A stretch of DNA of 64,000 nt from Planctomycetota bacterium (lineage in GTDB: Bacteria; Planctomycetota; GCA-002687715; CAIWVZ01): contig JBGANV010000001.1 of the NCBI GenBank assembly GCA_044222185.1, forward strand, positions 1,248,001-1,312,000, written 5' to 3'. The notes below the pieces were generated by a model. It was not told the origin of the DNA. It made no database searches and saw only the letters and a program-made list of their open reading frames with translations. Within the stretch, counting starts at the first letter, position 1. Each line of letters starts with the position of its first letter. The position numbers and the translations under genes are program-made. Shown piece after piece: positions 55,878 through 64,000 of the stretch.

Positions 55878-58556
55878 TCACTGATCGTAGTAGGTGTGCA
55901 GGAAGTCGCAGCCCGGCACCGACGCCGACCCGAGGATCGCGGGCGTGTTGTAGTCGAAGGAGACGACCTTGCCCGAACCCGGGTAGGCGACGAGAACCAC
56001 GCTCGGCGCGCCACCACCGATCGTCGGATCCACCACACCCTTGTTGTTGGTGACACCGACGACGTTGACGTTGTAGAGGCCGGACATGGTATCGATCGTC
56101 ACGTCGCTCGGCGACGCGGTCCCGGCAATCGAGGTGCCGTTGAACTGCTTGAAGATGTGGAAGTCGCGGCGGCCTTGCGGTCCCGGGAATCCCGGAGGCG
56201 GCGACAGGGTGAAGTTGAACAGAGTCAACTCGTCCACCGTCGAGCCATTGCCGTTCGCGACGAACACTCCGAGCTCCGTCGTGGCACCGATGTAGCTGAT
56301 CCAGTTCCAGCATCCGCGCTTGGGCGAGAGGAATCCACCGACCTGTTTGATCATGCGCCCGTTCGGCTGGTTCTCGAGAACCGCGCCGCCGGACGACTCG
56401 TAGATGTGGATGTCGTTGGAGAACTGGCACAGGACGTAGGCCATGTACTCGTTCGTGAGGCCCATGCCGAGCATGCGGCGCGTGCAGGTGACCTCGGACG
56501 GGCCGAGACCGACCTGGAACTTCACGCGCTCGACCTGGGTCGCCTGACGGATGACCGACAGCGAATTCTCCGAGAAGTTGGCAACGAAGATGTCTTCGTT
56601 CGCCGGCATCACGGTGATCGCACGTGGCCCGGCGCCGACGGTGATCGTGTTGGCGATCGTGTGGAAGTTGGGGCTGGTCGGGTTCGCGAAGACCCGCTGG
56701 ACCGTGCCCTGGTTTCCGTTGGCGATGTAGAGGAACTGGAGGTCCGGCGACATTCCCAGCCCCGTCGGAGACGCGATGCCAGTCAGCGTGGTGATCAAGG
56801 TGAAGTCGTAGGAGTTGAAAACCTTCACCGAGTTCGCGGTCCCGTCCACGACGTACAAGCGGCTGCCGAATGGCGGTCCGGCCGAGGGCTGCGCCCCCAG
56901 GCACACGAGGAGGTCCGCCGGCGGGATGCCGTTCTGGTCGTCCGGCACACCCGGGATGATCGTCGCACGCGCCGGGTTCGACGTGTGGTTCGCGCCATTG
57001 ATCCAGGCGCCAAGCTCCATGTCGAGAGGCACCCCGAGGACCGCGGGCGTCGCAAGCGGATTACCGGCAACGGAAAGCCGTCCGGTGACGAACGCCCCGT
57101 ATGTCACGGGGACGTTGCTGCACGGAGCGAGGGTGTTGTCCCCTGTCGTGTTCGCGAGGTTCAGCACGCCGATGCCTGGGTGATCGAAGGGCACCGGACC
57201 GCCGCTCGACCGCCCGATGTATGCCGCATCGGGAGGAACCGGATTCCGGGCGACGGCTGGACCGATTGCCCAGTTGAACGTGGAGCTGAAGGCTGCGGCG
57301 AGAGCATTGCCCGAGCGGTCAGTGACGGACGTCCCGACACTGATCTGGATGTTCGCGAACGACACGACGAGGTTCGACCCACGGAACGATCCCGGCACCG
57401 GCTGGATCGGCGGCAGTTGGAGGATCGCCCCTCCCTGTGCCGGATCCTGGCTTGCGATCGGGAACTTGAGCGGGTTGCTCGCGTAGTTCTGGAAGACGCT
57501 CTGCGCCGGGTTGTTCAGGCCACGCAACCCCGTCGTTGTGATGAATCGCACGCGGACCTGGGCTGGATTCAGAATCGGATCCGGCATGTAGAACAGGTAG
57601 CCCAGCGACGTTGGCGGTGTCTGCGTGGTGGCCGTCACCGGATCCGACGGCGGGTTGTAGGTCACCGTGATGCCGGGGCCCGGTGTGTTGAGAGGCAGCG
57701 GCACGGAGATGAACGGGTCGAGGGCACTCACGTTCGTCTGTTGGCCACAAACCGTGACGAAGTCGACCGCGTCCTGGAAGTTGATCACGATCTCCGAGTT
57801 GATCGGAGCGGCGGACTCGTTCAGCACGGGGATGATCGGCGTGGTCTGCGACAGGCTCAAAGCCGTCGTGTTGCCACCGACCGTGAAGGGCAGCGACGGC
57901 GTGTACGTGTTGACGCAATCGCTCGCCGAACTCGCGACGCAGAAGGGACCGCCGTTTGACGAGCGGAGCGCGTTCGTGATGACCAGCACGTAGTCACCCG
58001 TCGGGAGCGCGTCCGGCGTCGTCGTATTGAAGTCCGGGTCATACAGCAGCCGCAGGGTCGCCGGCGCCACTCCGGGCGCGGGGAACGTCGCCTGGTCGAT
58101 GTTCAAGCAGACGGTGTTTCCGACGCAGGCCGCGCCCGCTCCACCGTTGATGATGAAGAGCGCGATGCCGACCTGTCCGGACGGCGTCGGCGGTGGCGTT
58201 CCGACCGACGGAGGCAAGGGGAAGATCGAGCTTGCCAGCACCGTCGTGTTGAAATTGAGTGTGATCGCGGTCTGGGTCGCTGCGCCGTGGGCCGTAAAGA
58301 CCGCGGGCGGCACGGTGAACGCGGTGCTACCAGCCGGGACCGGGACCCCGTTCGCCGGTACCGTCGGATAGATCTCGTTGACCGACCCGGTGGTCAGCGT
58401 GCCGTACTCCATCGGCGACGCGAGCGCCAGGAACGACGGACCATTGGACCCGCCGCCACCCCCGCCGCCACCGCCTCCGCAGCCGGTGAGCGACCAGAGT
58501 CCGGCGATTGCGAGACCGGCCAGAGCCGGGCTCAGCCACTTCCGTTCGATTGCCAT
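55878..58556 (-). CDS. Large surface lipoprotein with Ig-like domains and YVTN-type beta-propeller
   Basis: Lipobox LTGC plus poly-Gly tether; I.INF.D.VD and VTDRSGNAL Ig motifs; LYV.....NSV.V, I.VG.GP, FVANF.ENS.SVI repeats. Confidence 0.85.
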   Translation of the reverse strand: MAIERKWLSPALAGLAIAGLWSLTGCGGGGGGGGGGSNGPSFLALASPMEYGTLTTGSVNEIYPTVPANGVPVPAGSTAFTVPPAVFTAHGAATQTAITLNFNTTVLASSIFPLPPSVGTPPPTPSGQVGIALFIINGGAGAACVGNTVCLNIDQATFPAPGVAPATLRLLYDPDFNTTTPDALPTGDYVLVITNALRSSNGGPFCVASSASDCVNTYTPSLPFTVGGNTTALSLSQTTPIIPVLNESAAPINSEIVINFQDAVDFVTVCGQQTNVSALDPFISVPLPLNTPGPGITVTYNPPSDPVTATTQTPPTSLGYLFYMPDPILNPAQVRVRFITTTGLRGLNNPAQSVFQNYASNPLKFPIASQDPAQGGAILQLPPIQPVPGSFRGSNLVVSFANIQISVGTSVTDRSGNALAAAFSSTFNWAIGPAVARNPVPPDAAYIGRSSGGPVPFDHPGIGVLNLANTTGDNTLAPCSNVPVTYGAFVTGRLSVAGNPLATPAVLGVPLDMELGAWINGANHTSNPARATIIPGVPDDQNGIPPADLLVCLGAQPSAGPPFGSRLYVVDGTANSVKVFNSYDFTLITTLTGIASPTGLGMSPDLQFLYIANGNQGTVQRVFANPTSPNFHTIANTITVGAGPRAITVMPANEDIFVANFSENSLSVIRQATQVERVKFQVGLGPSEVTCTRRMLGMGLTNEYMAYVLCQFSNDIHIYESSGGAVLENQPNGRMIKQVGGFLSPKRGCWNWISYIGATTELGVFVANGNGSTVDELTLFNFTLSPPPGFPGPQGRRDFHIFKQFNGTSIAGTASPSDVTIDTMSGLYNVNVVGVTNNKGVVDPTIGGGAPSVVLVAYPGSGKVVSFDYNTPAILGSASVPGCDFLHTYYDQ

Positions 58557-58660
58557 CTAAGGCTCCCTTCTCAAGCGAATTGAAGGATCTGTTGCCACAC
58601 GCAGGTCCTTGGTCCGGAGGACCTGCATGGAGCGTCTTGCTTCGTCGGGCCGTGGATATC

Positions 58661-58676
58661 CGCAACCGGTGTGCCG
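58661..58676 (-). promoter_or_regulatory. Sigma54 (-24/-12) promoter candidate for the 58556 lipoprotein
   Basis: Minus strand CGGCACACCGGTTGCG, exact GG-N10-GC, about 105 nt upstream of ATG; 9-bp leader hairpin at 58601-58626. Confidence 0.6.
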
Positions 58677-58978
58677 AAGCGTCGGAGTCCACGATTCTGC
58701 CGGGTCGGACGCGATCTCGGCCAACGAGCGCTGTCTCACCGACGGATTCCAGTTTGCAAAGCAGATCTGCACGCGTGCGATCCCGAACGTCCAGTGATCG
58801 GGATACGGACCAAGGGTGACGGGCGGTGCATTTTATGGATCGTCCCCTCTCCCGCAACCCCATTGCAACCAAGCATTCGCGGTCCACGTGGGTCGGGCCC
58901 GAACGGTCCACCTGCCTCCCTCCTGTGGGCCCGGTCTGGTAAGACTCGTGCCGTCGGCTCCGGCCGGTTGGGGAAATC

Positions 58979-60022
58979 ATGGCCACGTTCGAGCCTCCGC
59001 TCAGTCGCGACGTCCTGCCCTCCGATCCGAAGGAGGCGACGCTGGATCTCGCCCTCCGTCCGCGCACGTTGGGCGAGTTCGTCGGCCAGCGCGGGGTCGT
59101 GGACAACTTGAGGGTCGCGATCCAGGCGGCGCGAATCCGCGCCGAACCCCTCGATCACACGCTGCTTTCAGGCCTTCCCGGACTGGGCAAGACGACGCTT
59201 GCGGAGCTCATTGCGCGGGAGCTCGGCGTCAACATCAAGACGACGTCGGGCCCCGTGATCGAGCGCCCCGCGGACCTCGCCGGACTCCTCACCGGGTTGC
59301 ACCGGGGCGATGTGCTGTTCATCGACGAGGTCCACCGCCTCCCCACCGCCGTCGAGGAGTACCTCTACTCGGCGATGGAGGACTTCGTTCTCGACATCAT
59401 GCTGGACCAGGGCCCTCGGGCGCGGACCGTGCGTTTGCAGATCGAACCCTTCACGCTGGTCGCCGCGACGACGCGTGAGGGCATGCTCGCGCCTCCGTTT
59501 CGCAGCCGCTTCGGAGTCGTCGAACGCCTCGAGTCCTACGACGTTCCCGACCTCGAATCGATCGCGAAACGTTCGGCGGCTCTCCTCAACATGGCGATCG
59601 ATCCGGGTGGGGCGCACATGGTCGCCTCGCGATCGCGGGGGACCCCACGACTCGTCAACCGATTCCTCCGGCGACTGCGGGACTTCGCGCAGGTGGAAGG
59701 TCTCGGGTCCATCGACGAGGGGCTGGCGTCCCGGGGGCTCCAACGGCTCGGCCTCGACGGCCGCGGGCTCATGATGCTCGATCGCAAACTGCTCGAGACC
59801 CTGCATCACGCGGGCGGCGTCGCCGTCGGACTGAAGACCCTCGCCGTCTCCGTCGGGGAAGACGAGCGCACGATAGAGGATGTCTACGAACCGTTCCTCA
59901 TCCGTGAGGGGTTCATGCTGAAGACCCCACGCGGACGCCAGATCACACAGCGAGGCGAAGAGGCCATCGGCGTCACGGGCCGACGGCGTGCGGACGCCGG
60001 GAATCTCTTCCGTGACGAGTGA
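58979..60022 (+). CDS. ruvB: Holliday junction branch migration helicase RuvB
   Basis: LRP..L.EFVGQ, GLPGLGKTTLA, FIDEVHRL, EEYLYSAMEDF, SRGTPR, EP(F)LI..G...TPRGR. Confidence 0.97.
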   Translation: MATFEPPLSRDVLPSDPKEATLDLALRPRTLGEFVGQRGVVDNLRVAIQAARIRAEPLDHTLLSGLPGLGKTTLAELIARELGVNIKTTSGPVIERPADLAGLLTGLHRGDVLFIDEVHRLPTAVEEYLYSAMEDFVLDIMLDQGPRARTVRLQIEPFTLVAATTREGMLAPPFRSRFGVVERLESYDVPDLESIAKRSAALLNMAIDPGGAHMVASRSRGTPRLVNRFLRRLRDFAQVEGLGSIDEGLASRGLQRLGLDGRGLMMLDRKLLETLHHAGGVAVGLKTLAVSVGEDERTIEDVYEPFLIREGFMLKTPRGRQITQRGEEAIGVTGRRRADAGNLFRDE

Positions 60023-61217
60023 CTGGGACCTGGGCACGCAGCGCCAGTCGGCTCGCACGGTGCGGACATCCATCGTCGTCCTCATCCTGCTTCTCGCGGC
60101 GATCGTCGTGATCCAACTGCTGCCCCGACCTTCGGCAGTACCGCCGGCGCAGCCGCCCAAGTCGCCGTACGTCTTCGCGCGACAGCCCGACGTGCGCGTG
60201 CGGATCTTCGCCATCGAGCCCGGGCAGTCGGTCGACATCACGGGCGTCGACAAGACGCGGGACAATGGCACCGGGAAGATCACCGTCGCGAACCAGGCCG
60301 GAGTGGCACGCCTGGGGGGCACGGTCGTCAACCTCCCGTTCGTCATCGAGTCCACGGGGAAACCGTTCGCGATCGGCACCCGACGCTACAACGGTGACCT
60401 GCTTCTCGCGGCCGAGGCGGATTCGCAGAGGATCGTCGTCGTGAACCGCCTGCCGATGGAGCAGTACCTGGAAGGCGTCGTCCTCTCGGAGATGCCGTCG
60501 GACTACCGCGACGAAGCCTTGCGGGCGCAGGCGGTCGCCAGTCGAAGTTACGCGGCGTGGCAGGTGATGACTCGGCGGAGCCGCCCCTACGACGTCTCGG
60601 ATACCGAGCGTTCACAGGTCTACCAGGGGACACCGGCGCGCACGGCCCTCGCCCACCGCGTCGTCTCCGAGACGCGCGGGCGCGGCCTGCTCCACATGGG
60701 ACGCGTCATCGAGGCCGTGTTCAGCAGCACGTGCGGCGGCCACACCCGAGGAGCGGAGGAGGCGTTCGGCGACCAGAGCGTCCCGCCCCTCGCCGGCACG
60801 ACGTGCGGCCTGTGCGACGGCACGCAATTCTCCTCGTGGAAGGGTCGGGCGCGGCGATCCGACGTCGGCAAATCGCTCGGGCTCGGCGGCGCGGTCAGTG
60901 GGTTGACCGATCCCGAGTACTACGACAGCGATCGGCTCGCGGGGATCACGATCAAGGGACCCAAGGCCGAGAAACGGCTGACCGGCAACCAGTTTCGAGA
61001 ACTCTTCGGCCAGAGCGGCAAGTCGACGTGGTTCACGAGCATCCAGCTGAAGGGCGACGCCATCCTGATCGAAGGCCGGGGCTATGGCCACGGCGTGGGC
61101 ATGTGTCAGGTGGGTGCGCAGAAGATGGCGCAGGCCGGGCAGGATCACGCCGCGATCCTCGCCAAGTACTACCCGGGCGCGATCATCGCGCTCCTCTACC
61201 CCCTCGATCAGAGCTGA
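60012..61217 (+). CDS. SpoIID/LytB family lytic transglycosylase
   Basis: VN.LPMEQYL.GVV.SEMP, EALRAQAVASRSYA, SQVY, GRGYGHGVGMCQ.GA; N-terminal TM. Confidence 0.92.
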   Translation: MTSDWDLGTQRQSARTVRTSIVVLILLLAAIVVIQLLPRPSAVPPAQPPKSPYVFARQPDVRVRIFAIEPGQSVDITGVDKTRDNGTGKITVANQAGVARLGGTVVNLPFVIESTGKPFAIGTRRYNGDLLLAAEADSQRIVVVNRLPMEQYLEGVVLSEMPSDYRDEALRAQAVASRSYAAWQVMTRRSRPYDVSDTERSQVYQGTPARTALAHRVVSETRGRGLLHMGRVIEAVFSSTCGGHTRGAEEAFGDQSVPPLAGTTCGLCDGTQFSSWKGRARRSDVGKSLGLGGAVSGLTDPEYYDSDRLAGITIKGPKAEKRLTGNQFRELFGQSGKSTWFTSIQLKGDAILIEGRGYGHGVGMCQVGAQKMAQAGQDHAAILAKYYPGAIIALLYPLDQS

Positions 61218-61218
61218 G

Positions 61219-62388
61219 ATGACGACGGCAGGATCCGCTGGCCCGTTCTCGTTCCGCCCGGTCGTGTCGTGTCCGAGGTCGCGCGCGCGAACGGGAGTCC
61301 TCGTCACGCCCCACGGCCCGGCACAAACACCCACGTTCATGGCGGTGGGCACGGCGGCGACCGTCAAGGCGCTCACGCCCGAACAGGTCCGCGCAACCGG
61401 GACGCAGATCGTTCTGTGCAACACCTACCACCTGGCGCTGCGGCCCGGCGACGCTCTGGTGGCGAAGCTCGGTGGACTGCACCGGTTCATGCGATGGAGC
61501 GGGCCGATCCTCACCGATTCCGGCGGCTTCCAGGTCTTCTCGCTCGGCGAATGCCGCACCGTGGACGACGACGGAGTCACGTTCCAAAGTCACATCGACG
61601 GAGCGCGGTTGCGCCTGACGCCTGAGCGGGCGATGGAGATCCAGGCCAACCTGGGATCCGACATCGCCATGGTGTTCGACGAGTGTCTTCCCTATCCCTC
61701 GAGCGCCGACGCGGTCCGCCGGTCCGTGTTCGAGCGGACGATCCCGTGGGAGATCCGCTCGCTCGCATGCCACCCCCGGGACGGGCGTGCGATTTTCGCG
61801 ATCGGCCAGGGTGCGTTCCTCCCGGACGTGAGAGCCGAGTGTCTCGACGAGCTGCGTCGCCATCCCTTCGACGGATTCGCCATCGGCGGATTGTCCGTCG
61901 GCGAATCGCACGACGAATTCCTCGCCATGGTGGACGTCTCCACGAAGCACATGCCTTGGGAGAAGCCGCGATACCTGATGGGTGTGGGGTCGCCGCGCGA
62001 ACTCATGGAGGCCGTCGCGCTCGGCGTGGACCTCTTCGATTGCGTGCTCCCCACGCGCAACGCGCGCAACGCCCAGGCGCTGACGTTCGACGGCCCCCTG
62101 CGCCTCAAGAATGCACGGCATGCGGAAGATCCGTCGCCGATCGACGCCACCTGCACGTGCCTCGCCTGCGCCGGGGGCTTCTCCCGCGCGTACCTCCGTC
62201 ACCTGTTCATGGCGAACGAGATGCTCGCCGGAACACTCACGACGAGTCACAACCTGACGTTCCTTCAGCAGCTCATGAGCGGCGCGCGCGAGGCCATCGC
62301 GGGCGGAACGTTCGACCAGTACGTCGCTCGCGTGCTCGCACGCTACCCGGTGTCGGCGGGCCTCGCGTCGGACGACGGGGGCGGATGA
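61219..62388 (+). CDS. tgt: tRNA-guanine(34) transglycosylase
   Basis: TPTFM.VGT, NTYHL, TDSGGFQVFSL, FDEC, GGLSVGE, DCVLPTRNAR, C.C..C Zn site, HN. Confidence 0.97.
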   Translation: MTTAGSAGPFSFRPVVSCPRSRARTGVLVTPHGPAQTPTFMAVGTAATVKALTPEQVRATGTQIVLCNTYHLALRPGDALVAKLGGLHRFMRWSGPILTDSGGFQVFSLGECRTVDDDGVTFQSHIDGARLRLTPERAMEIQANLGSDIAMVFDECLPYPSSADAVRRSVFERTIPWEIRSLACHPRDGRAIFAIGQGAFLPDVRAECLDELRRHPFDGFAIGGLSVGESHDEFLAMVDVSTKHMPWEKPRYLMGVGSPRELMEAVALGVDLFDCVLPTRNARNAQALTFDGPLRLKNARHAEDPSPIDATCTCLACAGGFSRAYLRHLFMANEMLAGTLTTSHNLTFLQQLMSGAREAIAGGTFDQYVARVLARYPVSAGLASDDGGG

Positions 62389-62419
62389 GGCTTCTGGCCC
62401 CCGGTTCAGGGGCCTCGGC

Positions 62420-63640
62420 TCACTCGGTGCCGGCCGGCAGGACTTCCATCTTCTTCACGTTCGCGACGCGGAACGTGTTCCCGGGCGAGCTCTCGGGCGA
62501 ATCCCACTCGAGGATCCCCACGAGCTTGCCCTCGAAGTCCGCGAGGTCGTAGCGCGAACTCGTCAGGTAGTACTCGCGCTGGCTGCCCTTGTAGATCGCG
62601 TACTTGGGCGTGGTCCCAGGAGCGCCCGGAATCGGCGGAGCGAGTCGCACGTACCCCGCGGCGAGGTACGGCCAGAGCTTCTTGTCTCGCTGCGCGGCTT
62701 CGGCTTCCTTCCGCTTGCGGAGTTCCTCCAGGTCCTTCTGATAGGTGATCTGGCTTTCCTTGGCGCGCCGGTCGGCCTCGGCGATCGCCGCGCGAGCCTT
62801 GCGCGTGACCTCGGCGTTCTGCTCCCAGTCCTTGACGCGGCCGAGGGTGGCCGTGGCGAGCGCTCGCTGAGGGTCGTCGGCGTCGGGCGTCGACGCGATG
62901 ACGTCGTCGAGCACGGCCTTCGTACCGGTGATGTCCCGATCGAGAACGTCCTTCTTGCGCTCCGTCTCGAATTTCTCGAGCGCCGCGCGGAACTTCTCGC
63001 GTCGAGCCTTCTCCTTCGCTTCCTGCTCCGCCGCCTTGGCCGACAGCTCGCCCTGGCGAACGGCGTCCGCCCGGGCCGCAGCGTCCCGATCGCGAAACTC
63101 GGTCGCGATCGCGCCCCCATCCATCACGCGCTTGATCAACGTGTTGTGGACGAAGCCCGGATGCGACGGCGGCATGAGCACGTGCGCCCATTCGTCCTTC
63201 GTGTCGAGCACCACGAGGCGCTCACCGGCTTTCAGCTCGCCGACGGGCGGCTCGTCCGTGCTCGCGGTCCCGCGAAGCTGCAGATCGTTGACGGTGACGA
63301 TCCCCTCGCCGGGCTTCTCCATCCGCAGATATTCGTTCGCACCCTGGCGGGTCTTGACCCAGAGCGGGAGACCGCCCGGGACCTCGATCTGGTACCAGTC
63401 GCCCTTGCGGCCCACGACCTTCACGACATCGGGCGAGTTGAGTCGCATCACTTCCGAGTGGAAGTCGCCGGGTCCACCCCGGACGCGGACGTTCTTGCCG
63501 GCAACCCGGCCGAAGTAGGGGAACGTCTCGGTCGGTGCCGAGGTCGGCAGCGTCGTCGGACGCGAAGCCGGCGCCGGGACCTGCCCAAGCACCACGCTCA
63601 CCAGTGTGCATCCGATGCACATCAGATATCCCAGCCGCAT
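62420..63640 (-). CDS. Secreted tandem SH3b-domain protein with coiled coil and C-terminal OB-like domain
   Basis: GGAG RBS; signal peptide; NVRVRGGPG...WYQIE.P and LQLRGTAS...WAHV..P SH3b units. Confidence 0.85.
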   Translation of the reverse strand: MRLGYLMCIGCTLVSVVLGQVPAPASRPTTLPTSAPTETFPYFGRVAGKNVRVRGGPGDFHSEVMRLNSPDVVKVVGRKGDWYQIEVPGGLPLWVKTRQGANEYLRMEKPGEGIVTVNDLQLRGTASTDEPPVGELKAGERLVVLDTKDEWAHVLMPPSHPGFVHNTLIKRVMDGGAIATEFRDRDAAARADAVRQGELSAKAAEQEAKEKARREKFRAALEKFETERKKDVLDRDITGTKAVLDDVIASTPDADDPQRALATATLGRVKDWEQNAEVTRKARAAIAEADRRAKESQITYQKDLEELRKRKEAEAAQRDKKLWPYLAAGYVRLAPPIPGAPGTTPKYAIYKGSQREYYLTSSRYDLADFEGKLVGILEWDSPESSPGNTFRVANVKKMEVLPAGTE

Positions 63641-63803
63641 GTCAGTCACTCCGTCGCAGATGTCGTCTGATTTCCCTCGTCGAACGGCCGCTATGCTACG
63701 GACGCGAGCGGCGCGGGCCAACGTTCAAGCGTGAGCCCGGCGATCGGTCGATCACAGGAGACTGACGACGCGGCCGCCCTCGGTTCGTTCGACTCCACAC
63801 CCC

Positions 63804-64000
63804 TTGGAGAAGACCCTGCAGACATCGTGCGACGACGCGCCTGCGCGGGCATCCCGCGAGGCCTTCGCCCTCGGTCCGTCGCTGCGCCGGGCCTGGCTCG
63901 CGCTCCCGGCCGCGGCACTGGTTGCGCTCGCCGTCGGAGGCGCGATCAGGCAAGGCTGGACCGGTGACTTCTGGGAGCACGCGGCCGTCGTCCGGGCGTT
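63804..64000 (+). CDS. 5' end of a membrane protein, possibly GT-C fold (runs off the window)
   Basis: Open frame ...AWLALPAAALVALAVGGAIRQGWTGDFWEHAAVVRA: TM followed by an acidic DFWEH loop; start codon uncertain. Confidence 0.5.
   Translation, partial: MEKTLQTSCDDAPARASREAFALGPSLRRAWLALPAAALVALAVGGAIRQGWTGDFWEHAAVVRA

Noticed and set aside
63731-63967. 78-aa ORF from the track
   Set aside because: An overlapping frame encoding a TM helix plus GDFWEHAAVV is more protein-like

Overview
High-GC bacterial chromosome segment with about 48 protein-coding genes. I found no rRNA, tRNA, CRISPR array or mobile element. Planctomycetota is the likely lineage (inference from a DWG-type membrane Ser/Thr kinase, a CRTAC1/ASPIC-UnbV protein, a PVC-type tandem-SH3 protein, HEAT proteins with WxxWW tails and many secreted Ig/beta-propeller proteins). 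Layout: (1) 1-3.6 kb, the end of an ExbD/TolR-linked inner-membrane operon of unknown proteins; (2) 4.3-26 kb, a Gly/Cys-rich surface lipoprotein and a peptidase/amidohydrolase island (S9, two M14, TldD/TldE, amidohydrolases) that includes several apparent pseudoenzymes; (3) 26-45 kb, kinase, GT4/GT2/flippase, NamZ/SASA/DdpX and FG-GAP proteins; (4) 45-64 kb, housekeeping genes (hisS, miaA, mutL, holA, UbiA-family, ruvB, SpoIID-family, tgt) mixed with envelope proteins. Most notable: a secreted mirror-symmetric 10x13-aa / 10x15-aa repeat protein predicted to form one very long beta-hairpin rod; three sigma54-type promoters, each in front of a secreted non-enzymatic surface protein; a recurring [E/D/A/T]-[S/T]-R-[P/A] motif seen in about 10 exported proteins (candidate glycosylation or sorting tag); and candidate C-terminal sorting domains. 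All calls come from motif reading by eye, with no database searches; several start codons were re-chosen from the ORF track.
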